Part shown: positions 35,081-41,537 of the stretch, one piece after another
Layout: every line of letters starts with the position of its first letter
How positions within the stretch are numbered: position 1 is the first letter of the stretch
Virus record (IMG/VR): IMGVR_UViG_3300037104_000552
Span: 1 to 41,537 of that record
Strand: one strand, 5' to 3'
DNA: 41,537 nt
Origin: a virus
Lineage: Duplodnaviria > Caudoviricetes
The notes under the pieces: model-generated
What the model was told of the DNA's origin: nothing
The model's database searches: none
Seen by the model: only the letters and a program-made list of their open reading frames with translations
Program-made: the position numbers and the translations under genes

Positions 35081-35343
35081 CCGAGCCGCGCAAGAGCCGG
35101 GCGTATCACATCTCGCAGGACGCCATCGATATCTGTAACCGGCTGGACCTGGACCCGAGCGAGGCGGTCCTGTACCTGAATGCAGAGGTCGAGAAACGGT
35201 CGGCGTTCATTGACGTGAAGAAAGCCATGCGGGAAGTGATGCAGGTCGAGGGAGTAACCCTGAGAATCGCGGATAAGGAAATGCTGGAGAAGGCCTTTAA
35301 CGCGGTAATCAGTGAGATCCAGAAGGCAAAGGTGGACCTGTGA
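35077..35343 (+). CDS. Hypothetical protein, possibly RHH-like at the N-terminus
   Basis: GGGAG RBS, ATGA overlap, KSRAYHISQDAIDIC. Confidence 0.65.
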   Translation: MTEPRKSRAYHISQDAIDICNRLDLDPSEAVLYLNAEVEKRSAFIDVKKAMREVMQVEGVTLRIADKEMLEKAFNAVISEIQKAKVDL

Positions 35344-35819
35344 AGAAACGAACTCATCGGAAACCGAAACCAGCTGCTCCTGCGATTCCCCGGCTCCGTA
35401 AAGGTACTATTGGCACGATGGGGGAATACCTGAAAAATGTCGGGGAGTACTCGCGTTTCGTCCACAACAACGCTCGGAAAGGCCAGTTGACCGAAGAACA
35501 GCGGATGAAAGAGATCCTGACGCTGAACTCAATGCTGTCCACTCTTTATGACATGCAGGAGAAGATCGAGAAGAAAATTGTGAAGAAGGAAGGCGATAAC
35601 CCGGATCAGGACGAGCCGGAAGTTGAGATCAAGAAAGGCGAGGTAACGGTTACTACCCCGAAAGAGCCGGAGATGCACGAGGATAAAGAGAGCTTAGTGC
35701 ATTCCGAAGAGTTCGGGAAGTTACTTGACGGGGCCCCGGTCCCGTTGGTCGAGAAGAAGCCCGAGCCGGTGCCGGAGCCGGAAGTCAACACAACGATCAA
35801 GGAGATCTTTAAATCATGA
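35340..35819 (+). CDS. Hypothetical helical protein, weak candidate for terminase small subunit
   Basis: GTGA overlap, basic N-terminus, helical core, acidic tail, upstream of TerL. Function is by position only. Confidence 0.4.
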   Translation: MKKRTHRKPKPAAPAIPRLRKGTIGTMGEYLKNVGEYSRFVHNNARKGQLTEEQRMKEILTLNSMLSTLYDMQEKIEKKIVKKEGDNPDQDEPEVEIKKGEVTVTTPKEPEMHEDKESLVHSEEFGKLLDGAPVPLVEKKPEPVPEPEVNTTIKEIFKS

Positions 35820-36001
35820 CCTCCGGCGTTGTGCGTACCGACAACCCGTATCTCGCGGCGCTCGTGTACCAGTACCGGTCCCTGATGCCGGAAACGTACC
35901 AGATGCTCACCAATGATTTTCACGAGAATCTAATGGATTTCGTGGTATGCTGCGATTATCTGGAAGCGAAGATCGATGTAATGGAGGGGTTGTTACGATA
36001 G
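35816..36001 (+). CDS. Hypothetical protein
   Basis: AAGGAG RBS, ATGA overlap. Confidence 0.6.
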   Translation: MTSGVVRTDNPYLAALVYQYRSLMPETYQMLTNDFHENLMDFVVCCDYLEAKIDVMEGLLR

Positions 36002-36384
36002 ATCCGGAGAACCCCACACGAAATCAGGCTCGTCGTCTTTTAGAGATTATGAACACTCCCAGAGAAAAGCATTTGTCTATGATCCGCAATAATTTTGACA
36101 AATATTTAGAGAATGCAATAGCAGCATGTGATAAAGATTTTACCGGGAATTGCCCTGCTTGTGGATCGGATCTGGTAAGTCACATGGCAGCCACAAATTT
36201 GTATATGCCATTTTCTTGCGCTTCTTGTTACTGTGTGTTCAAGACATACCCATTCAATCACGAAAAGGCAGGGAAAATTTACATTATGCGGTGGCACAGC
36301 ATTCACAGAAACAAATCCGGTGAGATTTGCGGCATAAGTGTTCACGACGGCAATAAATACGAAACGAGGTTGATTTATGGATAA
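35998..36384 (+). CDS. Zinc-ribbon protein, probable ATA start
   Basis: CPACG...CASC. GGAGG upstream of an ATA that overlaps the previous TAG. Confidence 0.6.
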   Translation: MDPENPTRNQARRLLEIMNTPREKHLSMIRNNFDKYLENAIAACDKDFTGNCPACGSDLVSHMAATNLYMPFSCASCYCVFKTYPFNHEKAGKIYIMRWHSIHRNKSGEICGISVHDGNKYETRLIYG

Positions 36385-36511
36385 ACAGGACTGGATAAAC
36401 ACGATTCAGGCAAAGTGTACCGATGCCCGGATCGTGCGTGGCGGGACGAACTGCCGGAACAAGGAAGGAAACGGGTTCTGTTATTTCGAGTACTGCCCGA
36501 AGGTGAAATAA
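36377..36511 (+). CDS. 44-aa Cys-rich protein, not in the ORF track
   Basis: GAGGT RBS, C...C...CYFEYCP, TAATG coupling to TerL. Confidence 0.65.
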   Translation: MDKQDWINTIQAKCTDARIVRGGTNCRNKEGNGFCYFEYCPKVK

Positions 36512-37911
36512 TGGCCGTCGAACTTGACCTGAAACTCCACGCGACCCAGCAGGTAGTCTATGACGATCTGCACCGGTACAAGGTCATTGCAGCGGGCCGG
36601 CAGTGGGGGAAATCGGATTTTGCCTGCAAGTCCGGAGCCGGTCTCGCGCTTACAAAAAAGGATTCTACCGGAATGGTCGTGGCTCCCTACGCGAAACAGG
36701 CGTATAAGGACTACAAACAGATTTTGAGGATAATTCGGGAACTCGAAGCCAAGAACCGGACTAAGTTCATTGCCGAGACCTCCGCGAAGTGGCTGACATT
36801 TGAGCTCCGGAATGGCTCTGAGATCATGATGGGTTCTGCCGAGAACACCGATGGGCTCCGTGGGAACACCCTGGACTGGGTATTTGGCGATGAAGCAGCA
36901 TTCTTTGACGCTGAAGTCTGGGAAGTGCTCGAACCGTCACTTGCAAAGAAAGAAGGGTGTGGGTGGTTCTGTTCGACGCCGAACGGGAAAGGATGGTTCT
37001 GGGATCTCTACAACCGCGAGCAGAACGATCCGGAGTTTAAATCGTTCCATTTCACGACCTATGATAACCCGTATATCCCGGTCAAGGAAATCGAGCGCAT
37101 GAGACAGAATATACCCGAGCTCATGTTCCGGCAGGAAGTCATGGCAGAGTTCCTCGAAGGCGGTATCGTATTCCCACATCTCAAGGAGCTCATGACCAGT
37201 ACGCCCCGGGAGCCGGTCCCGGCGCATAACTACGTGACCGGTGCGGATATCGCCAGCACCAACGACTTTACCGTGATCAAGACTTTCGACGCCGCTGATA
37301 ACCACGAGGTCAATTCCGTCAGGCTCACAAACCGGGACTGGTCGTTCATTCGTGGCACGATCTACGCGGTCTGCAAGCATTACAACAACGCATGGCTGTT
37401 TGTCGATAAGACTGGTGTCGGGGCCCCGGTCGTTGAAGATCTCGAACGGATGGATTCCCAGTACCCGGGCGCGGCAAAACAGGGCCGGCTCCGGGTCGTC
37501 CCAATCGTGTTCTCAAGCGTCAGCAAACCGCAGCTGTACTTGAACTACATCATGGCGCAGGAGAACCACACGGTGCATCTCTTACCCGATCCGGTGACCG
37601 AAAAGGAGCATCAGGACTTCATGATGACCCGGGGGCAGGGAACGACCGGGTACATGAAATACGGGGCTCCCAAGGGCCGTCACGATGATACCGTTACAGC
37701 CTGCGCTCTTGCGGTCTGGGGTCTGAACGAGTACGGCGGGAATGTGCTTGTCGGCCCGTACACTCAAGATCAGTTTGAAAAAGAGAAGAAAAAACAGTTG
37801 GATCCTTCCTGCCAGATCGACATCGACAAGATCATCCAGAAGAGCGAGTCAAAGCAGATCGCCGGCTTATCAGAAGAAGAGGATCAGAACATTTACCAAA
37901 ATTATGATTGA
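36511..37911 (+). CDS. terL: Terminase large subunit
   Basis: AGGTGA RBS. Walker A AGRQWGKS, Walker B WVFGDEA, STPNG, nuclease motifs GADIA, VDKTGVG and HDDTV. Confidence 0.95.
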   Translation: MAVELDLKLHATQQVVYDDLHRYKVIAAGRQWGKSDFACKSGAGLALTKKDSTGMVVAPYAKQAYKDYKQILRIIRELEAKNRTKFIAETSAKWLTFELRNGSEIMMGSAENTDGLRGNTLDWVFGDEAAFFDAEVWEVLEPSLAKKEGCGWFCSTPNGKGWFWDLYNREQNDPEFKSFHFTTYDNPYIPVKEIERMRQNIPELMFRQEVMAEFLEGGIVFPHLKELMTSTPREPVPAHNYVTGADIASTNDFTVIKTFDAADNHEVNSVRLTNRDWSFIRGTIYAVCKHYNNAWLFVDKTGVGAPVVEDLERMDSQYPGAAKQGRLRVVPIVFSSVSKPQLYLNYIMAQENHTVHLLPDPVTEKEHQDFMMTRGQGTTGYMKYGAPKGRHDDTVTACALAVWGLNEYGGNVLVGPYTQDQFEKEKKKQLDPSCQIDIDKIIQKSESKQIAGLSEEEDQNIYQNYD

Positions 37912-37920
37912 GGTGAAAAA

Positions 37921-38079
37921 ATGCATCAAGATTTAATGGATGAAATCCTTGAGAAAACAATTCGCAACCAACAAATTTTTTCCGAAGCACTTTTGTTTTT
38001 GGTGGGAACTGAATTATCGGAAAGCAAAAATAAAGATCCAGAAAAACAGAGATTACTCCAAGATTTAACTTACTGGTGA
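37921..38079 (+). CDS. 52-aa hypothetical protein whose 3' end overlaps the IS left end
   Basis: GAGGTGA RBS, MHQDLMDEILEK...LQDLTYW. Confidence 0.6.
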   Translation: MHQDLMDEILEKTIRNQQIFSEALLFLVGTELSESKNKDPEKQRLLQDLTYW

Positions 38080-39324
38080 GAGAATTCCCCATCCTTTAGG
38101 TTGGGGATGAATCTCCCCTTTTCTATCCTATTAGCGAAAGACATATTAAGCAAAACACCAAACATAGTAAACAATGCTTAAAGCGTATCAATATAGGCTG
38201 TATCCAACCAAGGCGCAGGTGTCAACGCTCAACAAAACGTTTGACTTGTGCCGGAAAGTCTATAATAATACACTGGCATTGAGACGCGATGCTTGGGACT
38301 ATGATCAGAAGTCTTTTTCCTACTACGATACGTTGAAAGAACTTGTTCAGTGGAAAGAAGATTTCCCGGAACTCAAAACAGTTCACTCGCAGGTTCTTCA
38401 GAACTGCCATATGAGAGTCGACCTTACATTCAAAGCATTCTTCCAAAGAGCAAAGAAAGGATGCAACCCGGGATACCCGCGCTTCAAGTCATTCGGACGA
38501 TATGACAGCATCACCTATCCACAGGCTGGGTATTCCCTCGATGCTACGAACCAAACTGTGACAGCATCAAAAATAGGGAAGATCAAGGCAGTCATCCACA
38601 GGCCATGCGAAGGGAAGATCAAGACCATGACCATTCGTAGGTCAAGCACCGGCAAATGGTATGTCTCTTTCGCAGTAGAACAGGAACTTGTAGTTCGTGA
38701 ACATATCGGAGATGAAGTCACGGGTATTGACCTTGGGCTGACCACGTTTGCGATGCTCTCAAATGGGGAGAAGATAGAGAACCCCCGGTTCTTCCAGACT
38801 GATGAGAACGCACTTGCCAAGGCACAGCGTAGGATGTCTAAAGAAGCAAAGGGAACACCCGAACGTAGGGTTCGCAGAAGTATTGTATCAAAGATACACG
38901 AGCGTATCGCTAACCGAAGGAAGAACTTCGTTCACCAGGAAAGCAAGAAACTGGTGGTCCGGTATAAAACAATTGCATTTGAGAATCTCAACATCAAAGA
39001 TATGCAGCAGACATCTTTTCTGGCAAAAGGGATTGCTGACGTGAGTTGGGGTATGATGGTTAGGACAACCGAAAACAAAGCGGCAGAAGCTGGTTCCCGC
39101 GTAGTCCTCGTCAATCCCAAGAATACAACTCAGTTTTGTTCACGTTGCGGCCAGTATGTCAGAAAAGAATTGTCAGATCGCATTCATTCATGCCCACAGT
39201 GCGGATTGGTAATGGACCGTGACCAGAACGCTGCCATCAATATATTGAGACTGGGACTACAGTCTCTTTCGGCGTGATATACGCACGAATAGAAGCCCCT
39301 TGCTTTAGCTGGGGGAGCGGTCAC
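38069..39324 (+). mobile_element. IS200/IS605-family element, TnpB-only (IS1341-like)
   Basis: Left hairpin TCCCCATCCTTTAGGTTGGGGA (38086-38107). Right end GAAGCCCCTTGCTTTAGCTGGGGGAGCGGTCAC ending at 39324. Left boundary inferred after TTTAA (38064-38068). Confidence 0.85.
38174..39277 (+). CDS. tnpB: RNA-guided endonuclease TnpB with an intact RuvC triad
   Basis: KAYQYRLYPT, GIDLG, AFENL, CSRCG/CPQCG, DRDQNAAINI. Confidence 0.97.
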   Translation: MLKAYQYRLYPTKAQVSTLNKTFDLCRKVYNNTLALRRDAWDYDQKSFSYYDTLKELVQWKEDFPELKTVHSQVLQNCHMRVDLTFKAFFQRAKKGCNPGYPRFKSFGRYDSITYPQAGYSLDATNQTVTASKIGKIKAVIHRPCEGKIKTMTIRRSSTGKWYVSFAVEQELVVREHIGDEVTGIDLGLTTFAMLSNGEKIENPRFFQTDENALAKAQRRMSKEAKGTPERRVRRSIVSKIHERIANRRKNFVHQESKKLVVRYKTIAFENLNIKDMQQTSFLAKGIADVSWGMMVRTTENKAAEAGSRVVLVNPKNTTQFCSRCGQYVRKELSDRIHSCPQCGLVMDRDQNAAINILRLGLQSLSA

Positions 39325-39340
39325 AACAATTCTACTTTCC
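39200..39340 (+). ncRNA. Predicted TnpB omega/reRNA (5' boundary approximate) with guide AACAATTCTACTTTCC
   Basis: Known TnpB biology: the RNA overlaps the tnpB 3' end and right end, and the guide is the flank after TCAC (39325 onward). Confidence 0.65.
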
Positions 39341-39362
39341 TTTTTTAAAGTAAACTTTATTT
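39325..39362 (+). promoter_or_regulatory. Conserved intergenic terminator/promoter element, copy C (portal promoter)
   Basis: aacaattctactttccttttttaaagtaaactttat shares TAAAGTAAACTTTATT exactly with copy B. Confidence 0.65.
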
Positions 39363-39398
39363 AGTCTGGGCGGTATTCCTTTCAACAAGGAGTTTCCC

Positions 39399-41537
39399 AT
39401 GCAGACCATTCCTAAAAAATCGTACCAATATTCCATTGATGACCTTGCCACGCTCGACGAGAAACGCGGCATCCTCTGTTCGAACCCTGAACAAAGCGAA
39501 CAGTTAAAATTCATCCAGAAAGGTGTCCGGCCGATCCAAAAGATCACAGAAGATTCAGATTATGTGCTCGGCCTGATGAAGAACGGCACAAACCTCTTGG
39601 CAATCCAGCCGACGAATCGCGCCGTGGAAGACGCCCAGTTCCTTTACAGTACCCAGCTCTTCAACGATACCCTGATGAAGTCGCTCTCTTCCGCGCAGGT
39701 GCCCGACGCCTACGACAACCTCAATGCCGAACTGCGGGAATACGACAAACAGCAGATCCTCAAACAGGAAGAGTTCCGGCGCGCTATTATCTCGATCTCG
39801 ACTGCATGGAACTCTCTCGGGGTCTACCGGTCGGACTTCCAGAAAGCCGATAACGACAAGATGGCGCGGAACGCCTATGTCGCCATGGTCGAGAAAGCCT
39901 TCCTTGACTATATCGGCTCGGTCAAGTGGGATGTGACTGATCGGGATTCAAACGAACGGGTCGATACCGCGTATAAGTTCATGCGCCGGCCAAACCCGCA
40001 AAGCTCGTTCCGGGATACCTTCTCTCCTTCAATCCGTGACCTGTTCCGGTACGATGCAGGCGCGATTGTCAAGACATTCAACCGACGCAGGGAACTGGTC
40101 GAAATGCGCCCGTATCTGGGTACCGAGTTCTGGATCGAGATGGACCGGGTCCCGCAGCTTATTTCCGTCCCGACAAACGACAATATCGGGATTCGGGCGA
40201 CAGAGTTCACGAGCGAAAAGACGCCCGGCAAAGAAGTCCTGATGCAGGGCTGGTGGAGCCGTGGGTTTGCGTGGCGGTACTGGCAGCGGTCCCAGACCGG
40301 CGTCTATATCCCCTATACCCCGTCCGAAGTCTGTTATCTCGCGCTCTACAAGCGGTCGGACGACATTTACGGCACGGACTATCTCAAGTTCTTGAAATAT
40401 TTCGTCCAGTACCTCATTGACAGCACCGTAGCGGCCGGCAAGACCTTCCAGAACGGCATGATCCCGAGCATTATCTTCACGCACCCGAACATTCACGAGA
40501 TCGACCAGATTCAACAGCGCATCACGCAGTTACGGGTCGATAACCAGGGCCCCATTCGTACCGGGAACGCCATGCACCTGATCGGACAGGAGACCGCCCA
40601 GACCATCGCGCAGAAACTTCATGAAATGGAATGGGTCGAAGGCCAGAAATGGGTTGCTCAACTGATCTGGGGCTACTTCGGGTTCCCGAGCGATGAGTTC
40701 GTTGGCGGGGATGTGAACGGGGCGGTCGCCGCATACATCCACCGGAACGTCACCAAGAGCCGGCTCCTGAAACCCATGATGCAGTACCTTGAGGACAAGA
40801 TCAATACCGAGATCCTGCCATGGCTTAAGGGATATGAAGAAACATGGGAGTTCCATTTCGTTCAGGAACTTGAACTCGATGACCGTCAGAAAGTCGCACA
40901 GATCGGAAGTATCCGAACGAGCACTCTTACCGCAGCGCTGAACGTTGGTATCCCCGCGAAACTCGCGTATAAACTCTCAATGGACGAACCCCTGTCGAAA
41001 TCCGATATTGAGGAACTGGACGAGTCCCGACAGGAAATGATGATGCAGCAGCAGGGCGGTATGGGCGGGGATGAAGGCGGCGACGGTCTGGAAGATCTGG
41101 ATCAGGGCCGGTACGGGTCCGGTTCGGAATCATATCAGCCGCTCAAAGTATCGGATTACGGGCAAGGCGGGGAGAACACAGAGCAGAGATTCGGAGCCAA
41201 GGAGAGTAAAGAGTATGAAAAAGCCCTCCAATATGAGGTAGGAGATACCTTTTACAAAGCCGAAAAAAAGTATGAAATTATCTCAAATAACGGAGAGTTT
41301 GCCAAAGCGCGGATATATGTCAAAGATATAAAAGACGTTCCAAAAGGTAGGAGTTATAAATTAGGCCCTCGCGGAGGTTACTACTATATTGGTACTCTGG
41401 CAGAAAAACAGAATGAACAACCCGGGAAAATACGGCATCCTGTAAGAGAACCCGAACCAAAAAACCGTAATGGCGGAGGCAACGGTGAAACACGAGCACC
41501 GGCTTCCGCCACATCAAATCAACAGGGGAAAGGAAAC
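39399..41537 (+). CDS. HK97-family portal protein, 5' part of a 919-aa portal-ART fusion continuing across the junction to 748
   Basis: AAGGAG RBS. Hand translation finds no stop to the window end. Portal motifs FMRRPNP...DLFRYDAGAIVK...LVEMRP and SEVCYL...DIYG...FQNGMIP...YFGFP...LLKP. Follows TerL. Confidence 0.92.
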   Translation, partial: MQTIPKKSYQYSIDDLATLDEKRGILCSNPEQSEQLKFIQKGVRPIQKITEDSDYVLGLMKNGTNLLAIQPTNRAVEDAQFLYSTQLFNDTLMKSLSSAQVPDAYDNLNAELREYDKQQILKQEEFRRAIISISTAWNSLGVYRSDFQKADNDKMARNAYVAMVEKAFLDYIGSVKWDVTDRDSNERVDTAYKFMRRPNPQSSFRDTFSPSIRDLFRYDAGAIVKTFNRRRELVEMRPYLGTEFWIEMDRVPQLISVPTNDNIGIRATEFTSEKTPGKEVLMQGWWSRGFAWRYWQRSQTGVYIPYTPSEVCYLALYKRSDDIYGTDYLKFLKYFVQYLIDSTVAAGKTFQNGMIPSIIFTHPNIHEIDQIQQRITQLRVDNQGPIRTGNAMHLIGQETAQTIAQKLHEMEWVEGQKWVAQLIWGYFGFPSDEFVGGDVNGAVAAYIHRNVTKSRLLKPMMQYLEDKINTEILPWLKGYEETWEFHFVQELELDDRQKVAQIGSIRTSTLTAALNVGIPAKLAYKLSMDEPLSKSDIEELDESRQEMMMQQQGGMGGDEGGDGLEDLDQGRYGSGSESYQPLKVSDYGQGGENTEQRFGAKESKEYEKALQYEVGDTFYKAEKKYEIISNNGEFAKARIYVKDIKDVPKGRSYKLGPRGGYYYIGTLAEKQNEQPGKIRHPVREPEPKNRNGGGNGETRAPASATSNQQGKGN
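41411..41537. repeat. Terminal direct repeat, copy 2
   Basis: Identical to 1-127. Confidence 0.97.

Noticed and set aside
35745-35785. Similarity to 22345-22380 (EKKPEPV on the opposite strand)
   Set aside because: Short low-complexity Pro/Glu/Lys coding similarity, not enough to claim an inverted repeat or invertible segment.
38174-39277. Nuclease-dead TnpB (TldR-like repressor) or Cas12f
   Set aside because: All three RuvC acidic residues are present, IS ends flank the gene, and there is no CRISPR array.
39724-41517. Short ORFs listed by the track across 39724-41517
   Set aside because: They are alternate-frame or antisense shadows of the portal gene, which the track missed because its stop lies beyond the junction.

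Overview
The window is a complete, circularly assembled genome (41,410 bp unique; bases 1-127 repeat exactly at 41411-41537) of a tailed archaeal virus (Caudoviricetes, HK97-type head, non-contractile tail inferred because no sheath gene is visible). The host is probably a methanogen of the Methanomicrobia, inferred from an archaeal MCM, YVTN/PKD surface-protein domains, GGTGA/GGAG ribosome-binding sites and TATA-type promoters. The + strand arm (33924 through the origin to 20050) carries HNH, TerL, an IS200/IS605 TnpB-only element, portal, XkdF-like protease/scaffold, capsid, neck, adhesin, tail and holin-like genes. The - strand arm (about 32930 to 20047) carries many small Cys-rich proteins, MCM, a wHTH regulator, a RecT/Bet annealase, a resolvase, an ASCH protein and a hexapeptide-repeat protein. 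I see no integrase, DNA polymerase, reverse transcriptase or CRISPR array. The main result is missing from the ORF track: the portal frame opens at 39399, crosses the contig junction and ends at 748, giving a 919-aa portal fused to a C-terminal R-S-E ADP-ribosyltransferase. Putative prohead-protease sites lie between the two domains, suggesting portal-tethered loading of an effector into the virion. Other highlights are a 61-nt D-armless tRNA mimic, a TnpB guide drawn from a repeated viral intergenic motif, a repeat-bounded adhesin cassette, a +1 TTT-CGC tail-chaperone frameshift and a translationally coupled TnpA fragment. All assignments come from reading motifs by eye; no searches were run.
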